DNA of 48,767 nucleotides, from IMG/VR virus record IMGVR_UViG_3300044259_000044, positions 1-48,767 of that record. One strand, written 5' to 3'. Source of the stretch: a virus (Duplodnaviria > Caudoviricetes). A program made the position numbers and the translations under genes. Within the stretch, counting starts at the first letter, position 1; every line of letters begins with the position of its first letter. This document shows positions 28,223 to 36,705 of the stretch, in pieces. A model generated the notes under the pieces. The model saw nothing but the letters and a program-made list of their open reading frames with translations. It was not told the origin of the DNA and made no database searches.

Positions 28223-28816
28223 ATGGCCCTGACGGCATCTGTTGCGGCGTTGAACGCGTTGGCGCTGGTATCTGCCAACCTGCCCAACGTCAACCCGCCA
28301 ATGCCGGTCTACGCCATCCTGCAGAGCGATACGCTGCTGCCGTTGACCATTCCGTCGTCATGGGGCGAGTTTTCGCCGCAGTACGAAGTGGCCATGTCGG
28401 ACTACCCGCAGGAGCAAGGGGCATTCCAGCTGTACAACAAGGTGCGGCGCCCCCGCACGGTCACCGTGTCGATGACCAAGACGGGCAGCGACTTGGCCCG
28501 TTTCGCCTGGCTGGCCGCCATTGAGCAGCAAGAGGCGCAGATGCCGACACAGCTTTACACGCTGCTGTCGCCGCAAGCCGTCTACCTCGACTACGCGATC
28601 CAGCGCATGTCCTACTCGGTGCGTCCCGACCGCGGATCCAACATCCTGCATCTGGACATTGTGTTCATGGAGGTGCCGCAGATCGTCACCGATGCAACGT
28701 CCAACACCGTGCAGCCCAAGAGCGGCCCTGTTCAGCAGATCGGCCAATTGTTCACCCGCGCCACGACCGCCGCGCAAAACGCGCTGGCCAACGTGGGCAC
28801 ATTCTTGACGATCTGA
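28223..28816 (+). CDS. Distal tail/tube initiator-like protein
   Basis: SDYPQEQGAF..YNKV..P motif. Confidence 0.7.
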   Translation: MALTASVAALNALALVSANLPNVNPPMPVYAILQSDTLLPLTIPSSWGEFSPQYEVAMSDYPQEQGAFQLYNKVRRPRTVTVSMTKTGSDLARFAWLAAIEQQEAQMPTQLYTLLSPQAVYLDYAIQRMSYSVRPDRGSNILHLDIVFMEVPQIVTDATSNTVQPKSGPVQQIGQLFTRATTAAQNALANVGTFLTI

Positions 28817-28817
28817 T

Positions 28818-30572
28818 ATGGCCGCCAATGGAACCGTAGTTGACGAACTTGTCGTGCGCTTGCGGCTCGATACGACCGAGTACAAGAAAGCCGACAAGGA
28901 CGCCGACAAGGAAATCTCCAAGACGGAGAAGAAGCGCGCCGGCGAGGACGACAAGCGCAAGAAACGCCAGGAAGGCGACATCAAACGCACCAAGGAAGCG
29001 ACGGCCGCCACCAAGGGCTGGGCGCTCGCTTTGCGCGGCCTGGGCGTCGTCGCAGGTGCGGCAGCACTCGCCGTCACGGGCTCGTTCGGTGCGATGACCA
29101 TGCTGGCCGGGTTTGAAACGAACCTGCGCCGTGCAGCCGTCTCCACGAACATGTCCAATCGCGAAATGCAGGCATGGGGCAGCACGGCCCGCCGCCTGGG
29201 CGCGGACGCACAAGCCGGGGCGCAGGCCATTGCCGACCTGGCCCGCGAGCAGCAGCAGTTCAACATCACCGGCCAAGGCCCGACCTTGCAGGCGCTTGCC
29301 CGTTTGGGCGTGAACGCCGGGCCGAACACGTCGATCGCCGACATGCTGGGGCAGGCCCAGCAGATTTATCGCCAGTCGTCGCCCGCGCAGCAGGCGCAGA
29401 TTGAAGCCGGACTGGCCGCGCAAGGCGTCTCCAACGACCTGATCGTCATGATCAAGTCCGAGACCGACGCGCGCGAGGCTTACACCAAGTCGTTCGCCGA
29501 GTCGGCCAACGAGAACCGCAAGGCGCTGGACGCAGTGACCGAAGCCCTGACCAGCATGGGCAACTCCACGATCAACATTGCCAATTCGCTGGCCACCATC
29601 GCGCAGCCAGCCGTGGAACAGTTCGCCAAGTGGGTCAGCGATTCGGCTATCAGCCTGTCGGCATGGAATGACCGTGTCGTTGCGGCAGGCAGCGGCTTGA
29701 CAGGTTTGGTAGCTGTGCTGTCGGAAGACTTCCCGCGAGCCACCGACGCCGTCACACGCGGCCTGCGCGTGCTGGGCGAAGTGGTTGACGTGGTCGCCTT
29801 CGGCTTCCAGAAGCTGCGCGACTGGTTTGCCAACTCGCCAGGTCTGCAAAAAGAGATTGAGCAGATGGGCAAGGATCTGAGCAAATTCGGCGGTTGGATC
29901 AGCGAGAAGTGGCAGGGGCTGGTCGGCAAGGCGCGCAGCGAAGGTCCGGCGCCCGTGCAGAACTGGCTGAACTCGCAAACCCCGACGGCCGGCCAATCCG
30001 CGCCGCGCGGCGTGTCCAGTGCGCAGGACATCATGACCAAGCTGGTCACCAAGTACGGGATGAACGTTGACCAGGCGGCAGCCGTTGCAGCCAACATCGG
30101 TGGCGAATCGAATTTCAACCCCGCGGCGTTCAACCCCGCAGGCGGCGGCCAAGGCGCGCGCGGCTTGACCCAGCTGCGCGGCGCACGCATCGATGCGTTT
30201 AAAAAGAAGTATGGCATCCTGCCTGACCAAGCGACCGTCGATCAGCAGCTGGAATTCATGATGACGGATCCGTATGAACGCAGTCTGGTCACCCGCTCGC
30301 TGGCCAACGGCGGCGCGACCGACATGGGCGTCGCGTTCTCCAAGATTTTCGAGGCCCACGGCAACGCTGCGGTAGACGCCGCGCGCGGCCGCACAGCGGC
30401 GCAGTACGCGCAAGCCTACAACGGCCCGGCCGCCGGTGCGCCGGTCGGTCAGGGCGCGCCGCAAATCTCGATCAATGGCCCGGTGACCGTGCAGGCCAAC
30501 AATCCGGGCGAGTTCATCGGCGGCATTCAGCGTATCGCCGGACCGCAAAATTATAATTCGGCGACCCGTTGA
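28818..30572 (+). CDS. Tape measure protein with C-terminal lysozyme-like domain
   Basis: VVDELVVRL N-terminus; Ala/Gln helical body; ANIGGESNFNPAA...GLTQ glycosylase motif. Confidence 0.85.
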   Translation: MAANGTVVDELVVRLRLDTTEYKKADKDADKEISKTEKKRAGEDDKRKKRQEGDIKRTKEATAATKGWALALRGLGVVAGAAALAVTGSFGAMTMLAGFETNLRRAAVSTNMSNREMQAWGSTARRLGADAQAGAQAIADLAREQQQFNITGQGPTLQALARLGVNAGPNTSIADMLGQAQQIYRQSSPAQQAQIEAGLAAQGVSNDLIVMIKSETDAREAYTKSFAESANENRKALDAVTEALTSMGNSTINIANSLATIAQPAVEQFAKWVSDSAISLSAWNDRVVAAGSGLTGLVAVLSEDFPRATDAVTRGLRVLGEVVDVVAFGFQKLRDWFANSPGLQKEIEQMGKDLSKFGGWISEKWQGLVGKARSEGPAPVQNWLNSQTPTAGQSAPRGVSSAQDIMTKLVTKYGMNVDQAAAVAANIGGESNFNPAAFNPAGGGQGARGLTQLRGARIDAFKKKYGILPDQATVDQQLEFMMTDPYERSLVTRSLANGGATDMGVAFSKIFEAHGNAAVDAARGRTAAQYAQAYNGPAAGAPVGQGAPQISINGPVTVQANNPGEFIGGIQRIAGPQNYNSATR

Positions 30573-30597
30573 CATTTGCGCGATAAGCCATTAAGAT
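30569..30597 (+). promoter_or_regulatory. Sigma70 promoter
   Basis: TTGACA-17-TAAGAT overlapping the tape measure stop codon. Confidence 0.85.
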
Positions 30598-30625
30598 CAA
30601 GGCTCACTCACACAAGGAGCGCAAC

Positions 30626-30793
30626 ATGACATGGATCATCACGAAAGACGGGCAAGCTCTTGGCGAGATTTTCTCGGCGGAGGTCAAAGCTCAGTGTGAA
30701 GTGCGCGGGCTCAAACCTGGCGTGACCATTGAGCCGGCCGGTGAATGGCTGCGCAAAGTCAGCCTGTTCTGCAAAATCCAACAGGGCGCATAA
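30626..30793 (+). CDS. 55-aa moron protein (MTWIITKDGQ...)
   Basis: Promoter, CACTCAC leader and AAGGAG SD; below the ORF-track cutoff. Confidence 0.75.
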   Translation: MTWIITKDGQALGEIFSAEVKAQCEVRGLKPGVTIEPAGEWLRKVSLFCKIQQGA

Positions 30794-30873
30794 TGAACGC
30801 CGCCCGCATCTGGATCACCGCCATCGCCGTCTCCCTAGCCTACCTGTGGCTGGCAGCTTATCTGAGCAACTGA
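30793..30873 (+). CDS. 26-aa single-TM peptide (MNAARIWITAIAVSLAYLWLAAYLSN)
   Basis: TAATG coupling upstream; stop 1 nt before the next ATG. Confidence 0.55.
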   Translation: MNAARIWITAIAVSLAYLWLAAYLSN

Positions 30874-30874
30874 C

Positions 30875-31765
30875 ATGCCGACCTATCAGCCATTCATCGA
30901 ACGCATTGCCCGCGTGACCGTCGAGGTCACGCGGCCCAACGCGCAAGGCGCGATGACGACGTTCGGCTACACGTTCCAAGAGAACCGCATGCGCATTCAG
31001 GTGCGCCAGGGCGGCGCGCAGTTCGGCAACGCGCATGTTGATATCTACGGCGTGCCGTTGGCCGACATGAACCAGATCGCTCGGCTGTGGTTGGAAGCGA
31101 TGGCCCCGCAGAACGCCGACACACTGCAGATTGACGTTTGGGATGGCAAGGTATTCGTGCCGTTCTTCCAAGGCGTCATTTCGTGGGCGTCGGTGGACGC
31201 GTCGGCCATGCCAGACGTGAAGCTGGTCATCGATGCCAATGCGGCTATGCCGCTGGGCAATACGCCCGCGTCGCCGTATGCGAATGCTGGCCCGGTCCTG
31301 CTGTCGGATGCGCTCGCGCAGATCGCAAACCCGGCCGGGTTTGCCGTGGACTACTCGACGCTCGCGCCAGTGTATCAACTGACCGACGTGCGACTGACAG
31401 GCTCGCCACTGCAGCAAATCGGCGCCCTGATGCGCCACTTCCCGGACCTGACTTGGTTCGTCAACTTGCAGCGCGTTGTCGTGCGCCAGGGCGGCGCGCC
31501 GTTCACTGCCGACCCGATTCGCATCGCGGTCGATACGGGCTTGATGGCAGCGCCCGTGTACAGCACGAGCGGCCTGCAGTTCTCGACCGTGTTCAACCCG
31601 CAGCTGCGGCCAGGCATCGCCCTGGACGTGCACACCAACTTCGATTTCGTCAATCGGACAAAGTGGGTCGCCGCCGTCCTGTCGCACGACCTGGCCCCGA
31701 ACTGGCCCGGCGGCCCGTGGACGACCAGCTGCGCGGCAAATAGCTATGGAGCGAAGACGCAATGA
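30875..31765 (+). CDS. Baseplate hub protein
   Basis: IYG...DMN, F.G.I, FNPQLRPG motifs; lies between tape measure and spike. Confidence 0.75.
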   Translation: MPTYQPFIERIARVTVEVTRPNAQGAMTTFGYTFQENRMRIQVRQGGAQFGNAHVDIYGVPLADMNQIARLWLEAMAPQNADTLQIDVWDGKVFVPFFQGVISWASVDASAMPDVKLVIDANAAMPLGNTPASPYANAGPVLLSDALAQIANPAGFAVDYSTLAPVYQLTDVRLTGSPLQQIGALMRHFPDLTWFVNLQRVVVRQGGAPFTADPIRIAVDTGLMAAPVYSTSGLQFSTVFNPQLRPGIALDVHTNFDFVNRTKWVAAVLSHDLAPNWPGGPWTTSCAANSYGAKTQ

Positions 31766-31923
31766 ATGATGATCTCGGTGAGCTTCTAGCGTTTGTTCTG
31801 TTAGTTGCAGGCGGTATATTCTTTGCCGTCGTAGGCAGCTTTACTTACGGGTTACTTGGGTCAGTGCCTGGATGTGTTCTAACCGCTATGGGCTTTATAT
31901 TGCTTCGATTGGGATTGAAATAA
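31762..31923 (+). CDS. 53-aa two-TM membrane protein
   Basis: ATGA and TAATG coupling on both sides; AT-rich; hydrophobic. Confidence 0.65.
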   Translation: MNDDLGELLAFVLLVAGGIFFAVVGSFTYGLLGSVPGCVLTAMGFILLRLGLK

Positions 31924-32666
31924 TGACCAACACGCCCTACAGCACGCCCTTCGAGGCGTTCTACGACCCTGACCGCGCGCAGGAATTCATCATCCGCGCG
32001 ATCCTGCGCGGCGACCTGCACACGGCCGAACTGGTCGAAGTGTTGGCCGTCCAGCCCGTGAGCGACCGCGTCGGGTTTGTGACCGTGCAGCCGCTGGTGC
32101 TGCAGTCCGACACGAACAACATCGTGATTGCGCAAACGCCCGCCTACAACGTTCCCTACCTGCGCCTGCAGGGCGGCGTGTCGGCGGTGATCCTGGACCC
32201 GGTTGTCGGAGACCGTGGCGTCGCGCTGTACGCGCAGAACGACATCACGAACGTCAAGACCACGCTGACCGAGGGCCAAGCCGCAACGGACCGCGTGTTT
32301 TCGACCGCCGACGGCCTGTACCTGGGCGGCTTCCTGAACGCCGCGCCGACGCAGTGGGTCAAGTTCTTGGGCGCTGGTGCGGGTATCGATATCCACTCGC
32401 CCGGGTCGATCGCACTGACGGCCGGGACGACGCTGACGCTGACCGCCGGCACGACCATGCAGTTCACCGCGCCGGGCGGCCTGACGATCAATGCTAACGT
32501 GACGCACAACGGCACTTGGAATGGCACAGCCACCGGCGCGGGCAGCGTGAACTTCGCGGCGCCAGTCAATGCGCCGGACGTCGTGACCAGCAAGGGCAGC
32601 GTGAACGCGCACGACCACGGCAACGTGCAGAACGGACCGAACCGTACCAACCCGATGAATACTTGA
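31923..32666 (+). CDS. Baseplate central spike (gpV/gp138-like)
   Basis: VTVQPL, ILDPVVGD.G, beta-helix repeats, HxH (AHDH) tip. Confidence 0.85.
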   Translation: MTNTPYSTPFEAFYDPDRAQEFIIRAILRGDLHTAELVEVLAVQPVSDRVGFVTVQPLVLQSDTNNIVIAQTPAYNVPYLRLQGGVSAVILDPVVGDRGVALYAQNDITNVKTTLTEGQAATDRVFSTADGLYLGGFLNAAPTQWVKFLGAGAGIDIHSPGSIALTAGTTLTLTAGTTMQFTAPGGLTINANVTHNGTWNGTATGAGSVNFAAPVNAPDVVTSKGSVNAHDHGNVQNGPNRTNPMNT

Positions 32667-32691
32667 CATCGGGCGAATGATTGATTAAGCT
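32663..32691 (+). promoter_or_regulatory. Sigma70 promoter for ncRNA region
   Basis: TTGACA-17-TAAGCT. Confidence 0.8.
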
Positions 32692-32710
32692 TTGGTTATT
32701 AGCTGACTAA

Positions 32711-33056
32711 CCTGCGCCGGGTAAGCGCGCAGGACCAACACAGAAACAGCTAAATCGCGGGGGTGATGTCCCGTAGAGTACGGCAAGGAATACATCGCCT
32801 TGTGTCGGCGCCTCGAAAGGGTTCAGGCTGTTTCTGTGTTGGTGTGTCGAGTTGCCTAAAGGGTAGTGGCCCGTTCTGCTGTGAACGTGTTTGCTGGTTT
32901 GATTCCAGCCTCGGCCAACAACAACCAATGCGGAAACAAACCGGAAGGCGCGTGAGCCCGGGGACGCCCGATGCGACGTATCGTCAAACCGTGGAAACTA
33001 GCATCGCCATGCGGGCCATAAACGCTGACAGGGCGGAAAGACGCTCACCTATTCCA
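32711..33056 (+). ncRNA. Array of structured RNAs
   Basis: 17-bp perfect stem 32734-32750/32827-32843, nested stems, AC-rich linkers, no convincing ORF. Confidence 0.6.
32845..32917 (+). tRNA. Degenerate tRNA-like cloverleaf; anticodon not assignable
   Basis: GTCGAG/CTCGGC acceptor, GCC/GGC D-arm, CGTTC/GAACG stem with a 6-nt loop, GCTGG-TTTGATT-CCAGC T-arm. Confidence 0.55.
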
Positions 33057-33064
33057 AACCTACC

Positions 33065-33403
33065 ATGCCCACCTACGCCCTGCGCTGCCGCAATTCGGCA
33101 TGCCGCCACCGCCGCACGTCCAAGACGCACCCCGACGCTTACCGGCGCGTGCCGGCCTGCGAGGCGTGCGGATCCGTGAAGGGTTGGCGCATTGAGTCCT
33201 GCCGTTCCTGGCACAAACGCCAGGCATGCACGTGCGGCCAAGTCGTCGGCCGTGACGGCCCTATCCCGCACAATCGCTGGCACCCGCTATGCGACCATCA
33301 TCCTGAAGGCAAACGCAACCAGCTGCTGCGCCAAGGCGTCGCCGAGGCCGACTTGCCCATCGAACTCATGGGCAAGCCGTGCCGGGGCGACTGTCCGTTC
33401 TGA
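33065..33403 (+). CDS. Cys/His-rich Zn-binding protein
   Basis: CxxxxC, CxxC, CxC, HPLCxHH motifs; no obvious SD. Confidence 0.65.
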   Translation: MPTYALRCRNSACRHRRTSKTHPDAYRRVPACEACGSVKGWRIESCRSWHKRQACTCGQVVGRDGPIPHNRWHPLCDHHPEGKRNQLLRQGVAEADLPIELMGKPCRGDCPF

Positions 33404-34540
33404 TTACTGCCAGGGCCGGCGCGCAACTGCCAGCGAATCCTTGAAGACCCAGTAGCTAAACCCGTTGGCCGCGTTGTTGGATGCCTGATTGCACGCGATG
33501 TAAAAATACGTGCCGGTCGTCGCATCCAGCAAATACACGTCGCCGTTGCCGTTGGTTTGCCCTGCGCCCAGCTGGACGACCTGGCGATAGACGTTCGCAT
33601 AGGCGTTCGTCTTCAGGATCTGCGGCGCGGTCTTGTCAAACTGCGTGCCGCCTCGATCACTGAACGCTACGATGAAGCGCGCCGGGTCGGCGCACTGCAC
33701 GATGCGAGGCTGCACTTTCGTGCCGTTGCTCAAACCCAAGCCCGTGCTGACGCCGGATGTCCACGTCGCGCCGTTGTTGGCGCTGGTGATCTGCTGCAGG
33801 TACGTGGCGGTCCCCGCGCGATACACGCACACCAGCTTGCCCGTGCCGTCCACCGTGGCCACGCAAGCTTCGGACATGGTTTGCGTCGAGACGCGGCTGT
33901 AGTTGCTGAACGTGCCATCAAAGGCAGGATTCACTTGGATGCGATAGAGCCCGGTCGGCGACTCGCACGAGAAGTAAATCCACGTGTTACCGGACGTGTC
34001 GGTGATGACGTTGGCGCAGTAAAGCAGGTTGTCAGTCACGGGCGTGCCGCCGCTGGTCACCGCAATCGGCGCACCGAAAGATCGACCGACCAGGCCGTCC
34101 GTGCTGATCTGCACCATCACCCGGATCTGGTTCGTATCGGTGCGCAGGCGCTCGGTGGTAAACATCCAGATCGAACCATTGATGACGTACTCGCAGTGTT
34201 CAAAAACTGCCCATGTGGCCGGCTGATACACGTACTGCCGGTCGCTGGCGCTGCCGTTGAACGATAAAATGTCGATCAGAAACGAACGCACGACCACGTT
34301 GCCATAGCCCGTGGTTTGCTGGTAGCTGTCCGCGCCGGTCCGGTTGTACACGTTCAGCGTGTTGGAGTCCACGCGGGTCGTGTGATAGCCGATCTCATAT
34401 TCCGGCGTCGGGCGTTGTTGCTGCACGCCAACGCCCTTCGTGTTGGTAATTTGCGCGGGGCTTGGGTACGCGTAAGGCGTGTACGTCTGCCCCGCCAGGA
34501 CTTGCGCGGCGGCCGCGTGCAGCTGAGACAGGTTTGCCAT
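33404..34540 (-). CDS. Beta-propeller/BNR (sialidase-like) protein, putative virion appendage
   Basis: Asp-box-like STDG..G and SANNGATWT; beta-rich composition. Confidence 0.6.
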   Translation of the reverse strand: MANLSQLHAAAAQVLAGQTYTPYAYPSPAQITNTKGVGVQQQRPTPEYEIGYHTTRVDSNTLNVYNRTGADSYQQTTGYGNVVVRSFLIDILSFNGSASDRQYVYQPATWAVFEHCEYVINGSIWMFTTERLRTDTNQIRVMVQISTDGLVGRSFGAPIAVTSGGTPVTDNLLYCANVITDTSGNTWIYFSCESPTGLYRIQVNPAFDGTFSNYSRVSTQTMSEACVATVDGTGKLVCVYRAGTATYLQQITSANNGATWTSGVSTGLGLSNGTKVQPRIVQCADPARFIVAFSDRGGTQFDKTAPQILKTNAYANVYRQVVQLGAGQTNGNGDVYLLDATTGTYFYIACNQASNNAANGFSYWVFKDSLAVARRPWQ

Positions 34541-34543
34541 GAA

Positions 34544-35851
34544 TTACGCTCCGTACAGATAGACGAACCGCGCGTAGTGCAGAATGATCCAGTCGTTGGC
34601 CACCGTGCCGCAGTTCAGGTTGACCGTAGCGCTGATGTTGGCCGTCGTGTCCTGGGTCAGGATGGTGGGCGCAGACGCCGACACGGCGTTCGTCTTGGTA
34701 CGGAACATCTGGCGGGTTTGCTGGCCGAGGTTCTGCAGCACGACATCAATTTCGCCCAGATTGGCGTTCGTGGTGTTGAGCGTGCCGTAGACCGTGTTGG
34801 ACGAGCCAAACCCGATCAACGCGGTCTTGGTGTTCGTGTTGGAACTGGTTTGCAGTTGCGAGCTCAATTGCACCGCCCCGTTGTTGCCCAACGCGCCGCC
34901 CGGGATGGTGAACGTCGGGCCCTGAATGGGCATCGTGTCTTGGGTCGTGTTCGTGCCTGCAGCTACGGCAAACGCGGTCGGGCTGGCCGGAATGGTCGGC
35001 GTGCCGCCGGTAGCGACGTTGTAGACGTTGTTGTAGAGGGTCACCGACGTGGTGGACGAGAAGACGCCGTAATACCAACCTGCCGGATTGCTGGCCGTGA
35101 TGCTGTTGGCCGGCATGTAGACGTAGGCGTAAGGCCATGCGGTCGTCTGGGTCGGCACAGTCACCACACCATTGGCAGCAGCCGTCCAGCTACCCGTGGC
35201 GAACACGATAAACGGAATGCCGCTCACGCCCAGCAGGGTCTGGCCGTTCGACACGGGGTTTTGCGCAGCGTAGGAATCGGCCGCCACGGCGGCGATGGTA
35301 GTGAGCGAACCCGGGCCGTTGGTCAGCCCGATATTTCCCGCAGTGACGCCGCCGGCAGGCGACACGGTAATTTTGCCCGTGCCGAGTTGCACGACCGTGC
35401 AGGAGAACGTGGCGCCCAGTCCGGTCGGATAAGTCAGGGTAATCGGCGAACTGCCCGAATAGGCCAGCGTAGCGTTGTTGTCGGTGGTGGCCAGGTTGCG
35501 CGAAGTGGTCAGCGTGCCGCGCGCCAGCAACTGCGAAAGCGCGTTCATGCCGGTGCCGGTCGTGCCGAGCCGGCAAACCGAGCCGCTCGCCCACGCCGCA
35601 GCTGTGCCTTCCACCGCGCGCTGGCTGATGGTGATCGTGTCGCCTGACACGGCGGTCACTTTGATGACTTCCCAACTGGTTTCCGATGTCGGGCCGCCAG
35701 GCTGAGTCAGGGTCAGCAGCACGTAATCGCCGTTGGCCAGTGTCGGCAGCAGCGCGCCGGTGCCGGTAGCCAGGGTGGCCGACGCCGCCACGTTGGTGAT
35801 GGAAGCCGCCAGCGTGGTCGAGAAGTTGCTGACATACAATTGTTGATTCAT
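34544..35851 (-). CDS. Fibre-like structural protein
   Basis: NFSTTLAASIT...EVIKVTAVSGDT.TI.R..EGT.A N-terminal module; Thr/Gly/Ala-rich. Confidence 0.65.
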   Translation of the reverse strand: MNQQLYVSNFSTTLAASITNVAASATLATGTGALLPTLANGDYVLLTLTQPGGPTSETSWEVIKVTAVSGDTITISQRAVEGTAAAWASGSVCRLGTTGTGMNALSQLLARGTLTTSRNLATTDNNATLAYSGSSPITLTYPTGLGATFSCTVVQLGTGKITVSPAGGVTAGNIGLTNGPGSLTTIAAVAADSYAAQNPVSNGQTLLGVSGIPFIVFATGSWTAAANGVVTVPTQTTAWPYAYVYMPANSITASNPAGWYYGVFSSTTSVTLYNNVYNVATGGTPTIPASPTAFAVAAGTNTTQDTMPIQGPTFTIPGGALGNNGAVQLSSQLQTSSNTNTKTALIGFGSSNTVYGTLNTTNANLGEIDVVLQNLGQQTRQMFRTKTNAVSASAPTILTQDTTANISATVNLNCGTVANDWIILHYARFVYLYGA

Positions 35852-35860
35852 GGCAGATCC

Positions 35861-36166
35861 TTACAAGGAAAATGCGTTGAGCGGGGCGTAGTTGATAGCC
35901 TTGGACTGCGCGACGTTCACCGATGCCGGAACGTTGACCGAGTTGCCGCTGGTGATTGCAACCGTTGCTACGACGGTCAACGTGGTGCCCGCGTCGGCCG
36001 ACTGGATGACGTAGGTGGAGGCCGTGGCGCCGGAAATGTTGGCGCCGTTGCGCTTCCACTGGTAGCCAGTCGCAGTGCCGCCCGCGACGGTCGCGGTAAG
36101 CGTGCTGCCGACGGCGTTACTGCCGGAAATACTGACGCGCGGGCCGCCGCGTTGCGGGAAACTCAC
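35861..36166 (-). CDS. Ig-like domain protein
   Basis: ISG...VGSTLT..YQWKRNG..ISGATASTYV...D.G motif. Confidence 0.75.
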   Translation of the reverse strand: MSFPQRGGPRVSISGSNAVGSTLTATVAGGTATGYQWKRNGANISGATASTYVIQSADAGTTLTVVATVAITSGNSVNVPASVNVAQSKAINYAPLNAFSL

Positions 36167-36450
36167 GACTGCACCCGATAGGTGTCGCCAGCTACGCCGG
36201 TGAACCGCACATGCGTGATCGGCGACAAGGCGGCCACGACTAGCTGCGCAGCGACAGACACGTCATAAGTCGGTGTAAAATAGTTGACGCCAAGGCCATC
36301 GGCGCAAAACTCGATTGCGCGCAAGCTGTTCGTACTGGTCAGTTGCGCGGTCAGCGGCGCTTGCCGTAACGACGCAGGAACTGGAATGACAACTTGGGTT
36401 TGCCCGACGGGAATGGCCCCCGCAGCGTAGCCCAGATCGACAAGTGCCAT
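36163..36450 (-). CDS. Small beta-rich structural-type protein
   Basis: GGGAG SD; coupled to the Ig gene. Confidence 0.65.
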   Translation of the reverse strand: MALVDLGYAAGAIPVGQTQVVIPVPASLRQAPLTAQLTSTNSLRAIEFCADGLGVNYFTPTYDVSVAAQLVVAALSPITHVRFTGVAGDTYRVQS

Positions 36451-36528
36451 AGGGAACTCCCGTTGGTAGGTGATACCGCAATGATAGCGTGAGCCTATCC
36501 AAACCGCTACTACAATAGAAAGACAACC

Positions 36529-36666
36529 ATGTATAAACTGCTCGCAGTCGCCCTTCTCGGCATGTTCTTCTTCGGTGGCGACCCCAGCATTGCCGAATTG
36601 GCCCGCAAGTGGGCCGAAGTGCAATACGAACTGGCCGACATGCGCCGGACCGTCTGCCCCGATTGA
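36529..36666 (+). CDS. 45-aa membrane-anchored peptide
   Basis: MYKLLAVALLGMFFFGG hydrophobic N-terminus; TACAAT just upstream. Confidence 0.5.
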   Translation: MYKLLAVALLGMFFFGGDPSIAELARKWAEVQYELADMRRTVCPD

Positions 36667-36705
36667 ACTTGCCAATTGCGGCAAAGATTCTGATAAACTG
36701 CCGCA

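Noticed and set aside
32751-32826. Hammerhead or twister ribozyme inside the 17-bp stem
   Set aside because: I could not match the conserved catalytic cores by eye; left for an Infernal search.
32872-32887. tRNA-like element as a quadruplet suppressor of the CCCC frameshift at 10129
   Set aside because: The loop sequence (TGCTGT) cannot read CCCC.
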